Positions 32,914-42,332 are shown, counted from the first letter of the stretch. The stretch: 47,889 nt of DNA from Rickettsiales bacterium (GCA_031263295.1 JAISGC010000055.1:1-47889); one strand, 5' to 3'. Notes: generated from the letters alone by a model not told the origin. A program made the numbers and translations.

Positions 32914-33576
32914 ATGAAAGCGGCGCGAATATTTTCATTGGAGAATCTCGGGCTGTCGATTGCGGCGCACGCGGGGCTGGCGCTACTGGTCGTGGGTTTC
33001 GCGCTTGTCGCGCCGGTCGCGAAAGTCATCGCGCCGGACAGAATTAAAATCGAGCACATAGATCTTCGCGATGTGAAAATCACAGGGCTTGAAACCAAGT
33101 TGAGGAATCAGGAGGCCAAGGCCGCGTTGTCATCCCGCGGCAAGCGTAGTGAGACCGCGGGACCCAGGTCAAAATCGGCGAGCGCAGCGAGCACCAATAA
33201 AAAGCAAGCTCCGGTCGTGAAAACAATCAAAGTAAATCGCGAGGTCTTCTCGCCCGACAGAACTATGACGGTTTCGGTTATCGATGCATTGCGCATTGCG
33301 ATGACGCGGTGCTGGCAGATTGATCAAACGCGGCCGGGCTTGGACGGCATCCGCGCGGTCGCGCACATCAAATTATTTCCTAACGGCCGCGTGCAGAGTT
33401 TCTGGTTCGAGCAGGCGAGCCGCGCCGACACGGACGCAATCTTCGCCTATGTCCTGACGACGATAAAACTCGCCATCGACGCGTGCAATCCGTTCTCTAT
33501 GCTCCCCCGCGGAGAATACGACAAATGGAAATCGGTGCAATTGTCATTCTTCCCAACGGCAAAGACGATAGAATAA
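32914..33576 (+). CDS. tolA: TolA-like cell-envelope integrity protein
   Basis: N-terminal anchor, Lys/Ser-rich linker, C-terminal TolA/TonB_C-like region ..CWQIDQ..VAHIKLFPNGRV..ACNPFSMLP..W. Confidence 0.7.
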   Translation: MKAARIFSLENLGLSIAAHAGLALLVVGFALVAPVAKVIAPDRIKIEHIDLRDVKITGLETKLRNQEAKAALSSRGKRSETAGPRSKSASAASTNKKQAPVVKTIKVNREVFSPDRTMTVSVIDALRIAMTRCWQIDQTRPGLDGIRAVAHIKLFPNGRVQSFWFEQASRADTDAIFAYVLTTIKLAIDACNPFSMLPRGEYDKWKSVQLSFFPTAKTIE

Positions 33577-33578
33577 AA

Positions 33579-35197
<1,619 letters not shown>

Positions 35198-35377
35198 TTC
35201 TTTTTTATCGATTCTCCGTTCTCTGTTATTTGTTCTCTTTCTCATAAAAAGGTCCCTCCAAATCTGAGGGATGACCGGGGAGTTCTAAAATCAAATATGA
35301 AAAATGACCCCGCAGGCCTTCGGGTTTCCCCTGTTTCATAGCCAGCGGCTCCCCGGCCGAAGCGGGGGCATTGCGCA
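35198..35377 (-). promoter_or_regulatory. candidate riboswitch-like leader, motif copy A
   Basis: Minus strand: GGCCGGGGAGCCGCUGG ... GAACUCCCCGG (helix 35349-35356 / 35275-35282), then CCCUC-agauuug-GAGGG + U5. Related to 42116-42189. Confidence 0.4.
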
Positions 35378-35492
35378 ATAAAAAAAGACGCGGCGCGTCT
35401 GTCTTTTTTGCGTGCGGATAACCGACGCGCGAAGGCGCATCGTTTCATATTTGTGCTTTTAGAAGGCACCGAACTCACATCCCTGTGGATTC
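35378..35492 (-). ncRNA. candidate small RNA module, copy 3
   Basis: Downstream of the extended -10 promoter. Shares GCCUUCUAAAAGC and GUCGGUUAUCCGCACGCAAAAAA boxes with copies 1 and 2. Ends AGACGC-gcc-GCGUCU + U7; the stem is flanked by A- and T-runs, so it is bidirectional. Confidence 0.45.
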
Positions 35493-35498
35493 GGGGAG

Positions 35499-35527
35499 AT
35501 TATATCATAAAAAATAATGGGATGAAA
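35499..35527 (-). promoter_or_regulatory. promoter TTTCAT-17-TGaTATAAT (extended -10)
   Basis: Minus strand cacTTTCATcccattattttttaTGaTATAATctcc. Confidence 0.5.
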
Positions 35528-35624
35528 GTGTTTTTTGCGGATTGACGATATAATAACGACTAACTGCAACGCGACAATAAATGTTTGACCTACCGCCGCG
35601 CCGATGTTAGTCACTATTTTCCAT

Positions 35625-35653
35625 TTGATTTGCCGCGGCGGATTTGCTAACTT
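35625..35653 (+). promoter_or_regulatory. promoter TTGATT-17-TAACTT, 7 nt from the nrdR ATG (leaderless candidate)
   Basis: caTTTGATTtgccgcggcggatttgcTAACTTcgcgtctATG. Confidence 0.45.
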
Positions 35654-35660
35654 CGCGTCT

Positions 35661-36161
35661 ATGAAGTGCCCGTATTGCAACAGCCCGGAATCGCAGGTGA
35701 AAGATTCGCGTCCAGACGAGGGCGACGGAACCATCCGGCGCAGGCGCATCTGCGAAAAGTGCGGCGCGAAGTTCACCACGGTCGAGCGCGTCCAGTTGCG
35801 CGACTTGAAGGTGAAAAAGTCGTCCGGCGCAATCGAGCCTTTCTCGCGCGACAAGATTAAAAAATCCTTGTTCGTCGCGTGCCGAAAGCGCAACATTTCG
35901 GACGAGCAGATCGAGACGATAACAGCATCCCTGCATCGCCGCCTCGAAACGCAGGTTATGGACGACATAGTGCCGTCGGAAACCATCGGGGATATGGTCT
36001 CGGAATCATTGCTGGAACTGGACCCGGTCGCGTTCATCAGGTTCGCGAGCGTCTATAAAAAGTTCAGCAAGCTGTCCGAGTTCAAGAAAATCATAGCGCA
36101 GATTCCGGAGAAGGACGAAGCGCCCGCGCCGAAGCCGTTCAAGAACGGGAAATTATTTTAG
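35661..36161 (+). CDS. nrdR: transcriptional repressor NrdR
   Basis: MKCPYCNSPESQVKDSRP..RRRRICEKCGAKFTTVE zinc ribbon plus an ATP-cone. Start taken at ATG 35661. Confidence 0.95.
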   Translation: MKCPYCNSPESQVKDSRPDEGDGTIRRRRICEKCGAKFTTVERVQLRDLKVKKSSGAIEPFSRDKIKKSLFVACRKRNISDEQIETITASLHRRLETQVMDDIVPSETIGDMVSESLLELDPVAFIRFASVYKKFSKLSEFKKIIAQIPEKDEAPAPKPFKNGKLF

Positions 36162-36180
36162 GGACCAGGGGAAAGGAAAA

Positions 36181-37908
36181 ATGAAAAAACTTTTAACGAT
36201 TTTGATTGCACTTTGCACTTTGCAAATTGAACTTTGCGCGGCCGAGCCGTTGCCCACGATTTTGTCGGAGAACGACGCGGCGAATTACGCCAAGATTTTC
36301 TCGCTGCAAGACGCTGGCAAAATATCGGCGGCGGCGAAACTTGAAAAGGAACTCGAAAGCGACATCCTGATGGGCGAGGTTTTGTATCAAAGATATATGT
36401 CGAAAAATTACGCCTCCAAGGGTGTCGAGGTCGCCGAGTGGATGGAGAAATATTATAACCATCCGGGCGCGGAAACTATGTTCAAGCTGTCGATGCGGAA
36501 AAAAGTCTTGGCGCGCGAGGCGGCGCTGCCGACTATGGCGAGCGCGAAATACGACGGCGGCGCCTATTCCGAATCATGGACCACGCGGAAATATTCCGGC
36601 TCGACCGGCCGCGAAATCGGGCGATTCCAGGCGAACCTGAAACGGCGGAATCTCAAAACCTGCGCGACTATTTTGGAAAACAAAGGCGTCAAAACGAATG
36701 TGTCATGGACGGACTACGGGCGGCTGGCGGGGCGGCTCGCCTTCACTCTTTATAATGGCGGCGAGATGGAAGAGGCGACGAAATGGGGCGCGGTCGCGGC
36801 CGAACGCAACAGCGAGATTGGCCTGTGGACCATGGGTTTGTTGAGTTTTAAGAACGCGGACTTCGCGGCGGCGGAAAAATATTTCGCGGCGATGTTGGAG
36901 TTGGAGCACATCAATATGAACCGCAAGGTCGAGGCCGCATTCTGGGCGGGCCGTTCCGCGGACGAGGCCGACGACGGGCGCGCGGCGCGCAAACACTGGC
37001 GCTATGCGATGCAGAGGCCCGCGAGTTTTTACGGCGCTATGTCGGCGGCGGCGCTCGGGCGCGAGCCGGACTATGAGTTTTACGAAGATGTTATTTCGAG
37101 AGACGATATCGCCAATCTGATGAAGACGAAATACGGGCTGATTGCATTGGCCCTTTTGCAGGCCGGTCAGAACGAGCGGGCCGAGGGGCATCTGCGATAC
37201 TTGATTACGGACCGCGCGTCGGACGATTTGCTGCACGCGGTGCACGCGCTCGCGACCAGTGAGGAATTGCCGCGGACGGCGCTCGCGGTCGCGCCCATTA
37301 TAAAGGAGCGCGGGATTTTGGAAATCGACAGCAATGTGATCTTGTCGGCGCAGTTTCCGCTGCCGCAATGGGAGCCGCGCGGCGGCTGGGAAATAGACCG
37401 CGCGCTCTTGTTCGCAATCGCACGCCAGGAATCGCGATTTAAGACGAACGCGAAATCGCATGCGGGCGCGACGGGTCTTCTACAACTGATGCCGAAGACC
37501 GCAAAACTGACCGCGGTCAAAAGCGGAATCAAAATGAACTCGCTCGACCTGACCAACCCGGAGGACTCGATGTTCCTGGGCCAGCAGCATGTGCTCGATC
37601 TGTTCGCGCTTGAAAATGTCGACAACAATATTATAAAAATGCTGGTGTCATATAACGCGGGCAACGGGAACCTTCGCAAGTTCGAGCGGCGCTTCGAGAC
37701 GGACGATCCCCTGCTTTACATCGAAAGTTTCCACCTGCCCGAGACTCGCGGTTATATAAAAATCGTGATGTCGAACCTGTGGCTTTATCGCGCGCGTTTG
37801 GGCCAGCCGATGAGCAATCTGAACGATTTGGTTCACGGCCGCTGGCCGCGATACTCGGCGCATGATGACTACGCGAACCGGCGCAGCGAGGAAAAGAATA
37901 TAAATTAG
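36181..37908 (+). CDS. slt: soluble lytic murein transglycosylase (Slt70-like)
   Basis: Superhelical N-domain plus the SLT catalytic motif ..AIARQESRFKTNAKSHAGATGLLQLMPKTA.. The signal peptide MKKLLTILIALCTLQIELCAA is encoded by TGCACTT-type heptads. The TAG stop is in the H4 arm. Confidence 0.9.
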   Translation: MKKLLTILIALCTLQIELCAAEPLPTILSENDAANYAKIFSLQDAGKISAAAKLEKELESDILMGEVLYQRYMSKNYASKGVEVAEWMEKYYNHPGAETMFKLSMRKKVLAREAALPTMASAKYDGGAYSESWTTRKYSGSTGREIGRFQANLKRRNLKTCATILENKGVKTNVSWTDYGRLAGRLAFTLYNGGEMEEATKWGAVAAERNSEIGLWTMGLLSFKNADFAAAEKYFAAMLELEHINMNRKVEAAFWAGRSADEADDGRAARKHWRYAMQRPASFYGAMSAAALGREPDYEFYEDVISRDDIANLMKTKYGLIALALLQAGQNERAEGHLRYLITDRASDDLLHAVHALATSEELPRTALAVAPIIKERGILEIDSNVILSAQFPLPQWEPRGGWEIDRALLFAIARQESRFKTNAKSHAGATGLLQLMPKTAKLTAVKSGIKMNSLDLTNPEDSMFLGQQHVLDLFALENVDNNIIKMLVSYNAGNGNLRKFERRFETDDPLLYIESFHLPETRGYIKIVMSNLWLYRARLGQPMSNLNDLVHGRWPRYSAHDDYANRRSEEKNIN

Positions 37909-37996
37909 GACTAGGATTAGGACTAGGACTGGCATTCGTTATAGCGCTACAACGCAACAACAAACTTCACCTAGTCCTGATCCTAGTCCTGGTCCT
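37904..37996. repeat. hexad-arm hairpin element H4
   Basis: attaggactaggattaggactaggactgg pairs with cacctagtcctgatcctagtcctggtcc. Loop carries acgcaacaacaaa. The rnhB ATG follows 3 nt after the arm. Confidence 0.9.
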
Positions 37997-37999
37997 AAT

Positions 38000-38641
38000 A
38001 TGAAAACAATTCCAACCTTTGACCTTGAACGCGAGTGCGGCGGAATCGTCGCGGGCGTCGACGAGGCCGGGCGCGGCCCGCTGTGCGGTCCGGTCGTTGC
38101 GGCTGCGGTTGTTTTTCCTGCCCCCGCTTGCGGGGGCGGGATAGATTTCGTTAGCGAGCAACGCGAGCTTACGAAATCTTGGGTGGGGGCCCACCCGCTC
38201 ATTGCCGATTCCAAACAACTCACCGCGAAACAACGCGAGGCGGCGTTCGAATGGATAATCGCAAATTGCGCGGTCGGCGTCGGGCAATGCAGTCCCGCCG
38301 AAATCGACGAGATAAATATTTTGCAGGCGTCGTTGCTCGCGATGAAGCGCGCTATCGCCGCCCTGCCCCGCGCGCCTGATTTTTGTTTAATCGACGGGAA
38401 CAAAATGCCCGCGGATATTGTCGGCCGCGCGGTTGTAAAGGGCGATGCGAAATCTGTTTCTATTGCGGCCGCGTCCATTGTAGCGAAAGTCTCGCGCGAT
38501 AAAATTATGGCCGAACTCGCCCGCGACTTTCCGGAATACGGATGGGACAAGAACGCGGGCTATCCGACCCCGGCGCATTACTCCGCCATCGCCGCGCACG
38601 GCATAACGAAGCATCATCGAAAAACATTTAGATTAGTTTGA
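38000..38641 (+). CDS. rnhB: ribonuclease HII carrying an in-frame repeat-element insertion
   Basis: GVDEAGRGPLCGPVVAAAVVF ... DSKQLTAKQRE ... IDEINILQASLLAMKRA ... DGNK ... ASIVAKVSRD. About 30 residues separate AAAVVF from DSK, and most are encoded by element E1. Confidence 0.9.
   Translation: MKTIPTFDLERECGGIVAGVDEAGRGPLCGPVVAAAVVFPAPACGGGIDFVSEQRELTKSWVGAHPLIADSKQLTAKQREAAFEWIIANCAVGVGQCSPAEIDEINILQASLLAMKRAIAALPRAPDFCLIDGNKMPADIVGRAVVKGDAKSVSIAAASIVAKVSRDKIMAELARDFPEYGWDKNAGYPTPAHYSAIAAHGITKHHRKTFRLV
38117..38189 (-). repeat. E1 element, copy 3, in frame inside rnhB
   Basis: Reverse complement = cccccacccaag-atttcg-..ctcgctaa-cgaaat-ctatcccgccccc-gcaa-gcgggggcagg. Translated as PAPACGGGIDFVSEQRELTKSWVGA. 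Confidence 0.85.
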
Positions 38642-38645
38642 GTCG

Positions 38646-38837
38646 AAACCAAAACAAACCCCGAAGGGGTTTGTCATTCCCGCGCAGGCGGGAATAGGGC
38701 TTTCAACCTTATAACAACAGACTTGTTTCACATAATAATGTAAATGTGAAAGCAAGTAGTGACTGAATGTAAGGTTTAGAGCCCTATTCCCGCCTGCGCG
38801 GGAATGACAAAAAATCCTTTCAGGATTTTTTGTTTTG
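38646..38837. repeat. GTCATTCCCGCGCAGGCGGGAAT-family composite palindromic element
   Basis: aaaccaaaac-[aaaccccgaaggggttt]-gtcattcccgcgcaggcgggaatagggct ... agccctattcccgcctgcgcgggaatgac-[aaaaaatcctttcaggatttttt]-gttttg. Confidence 0.8.
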
Positions 38838-38869
38838 ACTTTGAGACAGCATTGAATATAATCGCAATC

Positions 38870-39508
38870 ATGAAAAAACTCCTGACCCTTGCAATGTCCT
38901 TCGCGCTTGCGGCATGCGCGTGGCCGCGGACGCCGACCGACGGAGATTTGTTCCGCGCGACGCGGCAGTTTCAGCCGGAACTCTTCGCGACCGGATCGCG
39001 CGGCGAGGTCGTCGTGAAAATGCACGACGATCAGACCAGCACCGGATGGTTCGGCAAAAAATACAGCAACATCCTGAACTATAAAAATGTAGCCAGCAAA
39101 GAGGCCGGATACCTTGAAATGAAAACCGGCGAGACGGAATACGCGACGGCGATGCTGCCCATCGGGGACTATGAGATAACCGGAATGAAACTGCTGTATG
39201 TCTGGACCGAGACGCAGCGCCAGGGCAATGTGACGATAACGACCACGCACATCGAGGAGCACGACGGCTTTATGGGCGCGGACAAGTTGGCGTTCTCGGT
39301 CCGCGCGGGGCGCGTGATTTATCTCGGCGACATCGCGCTGCACCTCGGCGACAACGCGGTCTCGAAAGACGATCGGTCGGTGAACAAGAGCACATACAAA
39401 ATCACGGACAAGTCCGCCGAGATTTCCGCGGACCAAAAGCGCGAGTGGGAAGAAGAGTTCGGGCGGCCGCTTGAAGTCGGGCTGATACGCAAGGGGGGCG
39501 CGAAATGA
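38870..39508 (+). CDS. lipoprotein, function unknown
   Basis: Start taken at ATG 38870. Lipobox MKKLLTLAMSFALAAC. The stop overlaps the next ATG (ATGA). Confidence 0.7.
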   Translation: MKKLLTLAMSFALAACAWPRTPTDGDLFRATRQFQPELFATGSRGEVVVKMHDDQTSTGWFGKKYSNILNYKNVASKEAGYLEMKTGETEYATAMLPIGDYEITGMKLLYVWTETQRQGNVTITTTHIEEHDGFMGADKLAFSVRAGRVIYLGDIALHLGDNAVSKDDRSVNKSTYKITDKSAEISADQKREWEEEFGRPLEVGLIRKGGAK

Positions 39509-39876
39509 AAAAAATTGCGATAGTTATTTTTGCGGCGGCGCTCGCCGCGTGCAGCGCGAAAGTCGGCAACCCGGCCATCGCGCGCACGGAATCTGGCATA
39601 TCGGACCAGATGGAAACGCTCGCGACCAAATCGCAGGTTCGCGCCGCGTTCGGCGCGCCGAATCTGTCGTTCGAGAAAGACGGCGTCGAGACATACGAAT
39701 ACAAAACCATCCGCGGAAACGGGCGGCATCACTGGCTGATTCCGGTCGTCGGATGGGTGATGGAATGGTGGCAGGACGATTATTCATACGGCGAAACGAA
39801 TCTGTTCGTCCGCTTCGACAAGAAGGACAATGTGTCGGGCTTCCAAGTCATCAAAACCGGCGGGACCGCGCGATAA
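39505..39876 (+). CDS. small lipoprotein, BamE/SmpA_OmlA-like
   Basis: Lipobox MKKIAIVIFAAALAAC, then ..TKSQVRAAFGAPN..YEYK..LFVRFDKKDNVSGFQV.., resembling the BamE fold pattern (from memory). Confidence 0.5.
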   Translation: MKKIAIVIFAAALAACSAKVGNPAIARTESGISDQMETLATKSQVRAAFGAPNLSFEKDGVETYEYKTIRGNGRHHWLIPVVGWVMEWWQDDYSYGETNLFVRFDKKDNVSGFQVIKTGGTAR

Positions 39877-41175
39877 ATGAATCAGGAAACGATATTTGTA
39901 AAGAACAGAAACGGATTCAATATATCGCTCCGTTTTACGCGGCCCGAAACGCAGACGGGCCTGGCGTTCATTCTGCACGGATTTTCCGGCGACAAGGACC
40001 AGCGCGAAATGCGCGCGCTGGAAGAAGAGTTTTCGAAGCGCGGCTATATGGTCGCGAACATCGACGCGACGAACTCCCTGAACGCAAGCGAGTGGACGCC
40101 GGCCGGCGCTTCGTTCACCGGACACTATAACGACCTTGAATATGTAATCGAATGGGCGCGCGGACAAGCCTGGTTTCAATCGCCTTTCGCATTGGCCGGA
40201 CATTCGATGGGCGCGGCGGCGGTTCTGCTGTATGCCGAAAATCATCCCGATAACGCGAATCTTTTAATTCCGATTTCGTTTCCGTGGCTGACCGGGGCGA
40301 GCAAAATAGCCCAGGACGACGACCCGGAAAAATATGCGGACTGGAAGGCGGCGGGATACTGGGACAAGGTTTCCGCATCGCGCGGCCGCACGCTCCGCGT
40401 CCCATATAATTTTATAGAGGATTTGCAGAATCACGACTTCGGCGCGAAGGCGGCGCGGATAACGGCGCCGACATTTCTGATTATCGGCGAATTGGAAAAA
40501 CCGCAGCGAATTACCGATAACAAAAAACTTTTCGATATGCTTCGTGTTAAAAAAGAATTCATAATCCTGCCGAACACGCCGCACGCGGTCGCGAAAACGG
40601 CCGAGAATGAAAAGGCATACAGGAATGCGCTCGCGCATATTCTGGATTCAAAAGCGGAGTTTATAGATATTTTTGACGAACACTGGAATCCAACGGGCGA
40701 GATACTGGAAAAGAACGAAGCGGAGCGCCAGAAGAAATGGCATCGCGCCGCGCATATTTGGATTGTGAATTCAAATGGCGAGGTGTTGCTTCAACTGCGC
40801 AGCCCGAATAAAAAATCGTCTCCGAACTGGTGGGATATTTCCGCAGCCGGACATGTGCGCGCGGGCGAGAGCGTAATCGACGCGGGTATTCGCGAGACGC
40901 GCGAAGAACTCGGAATAACAATCACGGGCGATGAATTGACACAGATATGGACGGACGAGTCGCCAACAAACCAGCATTTGCATACCTGGTTTATAATGAT
41001 GACGGACCTGCCGCCCGACGCCTTCACTTTCAACGACCACGAAGTGGCGGCGGTGAAATATGTTCCCTGGCGCAAAATCGCCGCTATGTCCGACGACGAA
41101 AAACGCGCAAATAAGATACTGCCGCACAAGGGATTTCTGCCGTTGTTCGAATATTTGGAAGATAAGGGATTATAA
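39877..41175 (+). CDS. alpha/beta-hydrolase - Nudix hydrolase fusion protein
   Basis: N-half: HGFSGD.., nucleophile elbow GHSMGA. C-half: perfect Nudix box GHVRAGESVIDAGIRETREELGI in an IDI-like context (WHRAAHIWIVNSNGEVLLQLRS). Confidence 0.8.
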   Translation: MNQETIFVKNRNGFNISLRFTRPETQTGLAFILHGFSGDKDQREMRALEEEFSKRGYMVANIDATNSLNASEWTPAGASFTGHYNDLEYVIEWARGQAWFQSPFALAGHSMGAAAVLLYAENHPDNANLLIPISFPWLTGASKIAQDDDPEKYADWKAAGYWDKVSASRGRTLRVPYNFIEDLQNHDFGAKAARITAPTFLIIGELEKPQRITDNKKLFDMLRVKKEFIILPNTPHAVAKTAENEKAYRNALAHILDSKAEFIDIFDEHWNPTGEILEKNEAERQKKWHRAAHIWIVNSNGEVLLQLRSPNKKSSPNWWDISAAGHVRAGESVIDAGIRETREELGITITGDELTQIWTDESPTNQHLHTWFIMMTDLPPDAFTFNDHEVAAVKYVPWRKIAAMSDDEKRANKILPHKGFLPLFEYLEDKGL

Positions 41176-41176
41176 A

Positions 41177-41539
41177 ATGAAGCTAAATCCTGTTTTGCAC
41201 GAAGAGGCGTATGCATTCGCGGCGGTGGACGACGGCTTGGCCGTCAAACTAATGCCGGACGCGGTGTGCGTGTTCAAGGAGGCCGAAGGCGCGACCATTG
41301 TTCTGCCGGAATCGGACGCCGCCAAGCACGGCCTGTCGTTCGGATTCCGCGCCGCATGGATTACGCTGGCGGCGGAGACTTCCTTGGACGGTCTGGGAAT
41401 AACCGCCGCGTTTTCCAAAGTCTTGGCCGACAACGGCATCAGCTGCAATGTTTTCGCGCCGATACATCACGACCACATATTCGTGCCGTTCGACAAGGGC
41501 GCAGAGGCCGTGCGATTGCTGGCGGGCATCGATATATAA
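41177..41539 (+). CDS. ACT-domain protein (ACT_7-like)
   Basis: Start taken at ATG 41177, 1 nt after the upstream TAA. ..AWITLAAETSLDGLGITAAFSKVLADNGISCNVFAPIHHDHIFVP.. resembles small ACT-domain proteins. Confidence 0.55.
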   Translation: MKLNPVLHEEAYAFAAVDDGLAVKLMPDAVCVFKEAEGATIVLPESDAAKHGLSFGFRAAWITLAAETSLDGLGITAAFSKVLADNGISCNVFAPIHHDHIFVPFDKGAEAVRLLAGIDI

Positions 41540-41564
41540 AGATGAAAAAATGCAACCGGCGAAG

Positions 41565-41642
41565 ATGTCGTTCATCGCATTTGACAAGTCCAATAATGTC
41601 GCCGGGTTTCAGGTCATAAAAACCGGCGGAACCGCGCGATAA
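41565..41642 (+). pseudogene. remnant duplicating the C-terminus of the lipoprotein gene 39505..39876
   Basis: MSFIAFDKSNNVAGFQVIKTGGTAR* compared with ..LFVRFDKKDNVSGFQVIKTGGTAR*. No signal peptide and no body of the protein. Confidence 0.6.
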
Positions 41643-41644
41643 GC

Positions 41645-42082
41645 CTAGCGGCACGCGGCGACGGAGTCAAGGAACGCCGCGACCTTTGCGCAGACATCAT
41701 CGGGGCAGTATTTCTTCAACTCGCCCCTGCGTAAATAATTCCTGCACGGGCGCGACGCGCACCGGTCGCAGGCGCCCCAGAAATCCACCGACAAAACCGA
41801 CCGGTCCGCCATCAGATAAATCCGGTCCGTGCCGCGCTCCAAGTCTTCGCGTATCGCATCGCCGAATATTTTCGGGCGAAATCCGAAATCGAACTCCGCG
41901 TGATTGCATGCGGCGAGAGCCGCGCCTATGCGCCGGGCCGCCGCGCATTTTTTCATGACCTCGCGCGGATCCGACACGCGCGGGCACCGCCCGCCATAGA
42001 CGCATGGGCGCGCGCCGTCGCAATGAATCGCGAACGAGATCGACCGCGACAAGGAAAACTGAATCGTCTGAAAGAGCTTCAT
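41645..42082 (-). CDS. Cys-rich hypothetical protein (possible metal/Fe-S binding), no signal peptide
   Basis: 145 aa with 11 Cys (..HCDGARPCVYGGRCP..WGACDRCASRPCRNY..CPDDVC..). GGGGA SD. Family not recognised. Confidence 0.55.
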   Translation of the reverse strand: MKLFQTIQFSLSRSISFAIHCDGARPCVYGGRCPRVSDPREVMKKCAAARRIGAALAACNHAEFDFGFRPKIFGDAIREDLERGTDRIYLMADRSVLSVDFWGACDRCASRPCRNYLRRGELKKYCPDDVCAKVAAFLDSVAACR

Positions 42083-42115
42083 AATATCCCCGCATAAAAA
42101 CCGCCGAGGAGGCGG

Positions 42116-42189
42116 CCGGGGAGTTCATAAATCATTTTGTCGGTGATTCCGCCGCTTTCGGCAAGGCCTTATGGCAAGCGGCTCCCCGG
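42116..42189 (-). promoter_or_regulatory. candidate riboswitch-like leader, motif copy B
   Basis: Minus strand GGCCGGGGAGCCGCUUGCC ... GAACUCCCCGG, followed by CCGCC-uccu-CGGCGG + U5 and then the GGGGA SD and ATG 42082. Confidence 0.4.
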
Positions 42190-42296
42190 CCAAGGCCAGG
42201 GACATAACGGCGCGAGCGCCGGACAAAATGAGCTTATGACAGCCCGAGCCTGCGTATCCTTGCAGGTTCGATTGGAATCATAGCATATTTTTCCGC

Positions 42297-42326
42297 TTTA
42301 CAAATAAAAAATGCGCGGTGTAGAAT
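42297..42326 (+). promoter_or_regulatory. promoter TTTACA-18-TAGAAT, 6 nt from the ATG (leaderless candidate)
   Basis: cTTTACAaataaaaaatgcgcggtgTAGAATgccggtATG. Confidence 0.55.
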
Positions 42327-42332
42327 GCCGGT

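Noticed and set aside
41448-41642. ORF 41448..41642 (63 aa) as a functional gene.
   Set aside because: Its 5' two-thirds overlap the ACT-domain gene out of frame. Only the last ~25 codons resemble anything (the lipoprotein C-terminus), so it is called a remnant.
42255-42290. GGTTCGATT T-loop-like sequence suggesting a tRNA or tmRNA fragment.
   Set aside because: The flanks (gcagg / ggaat) do not form a T-stem, and no acceptor or anticodon arms can be drawn.
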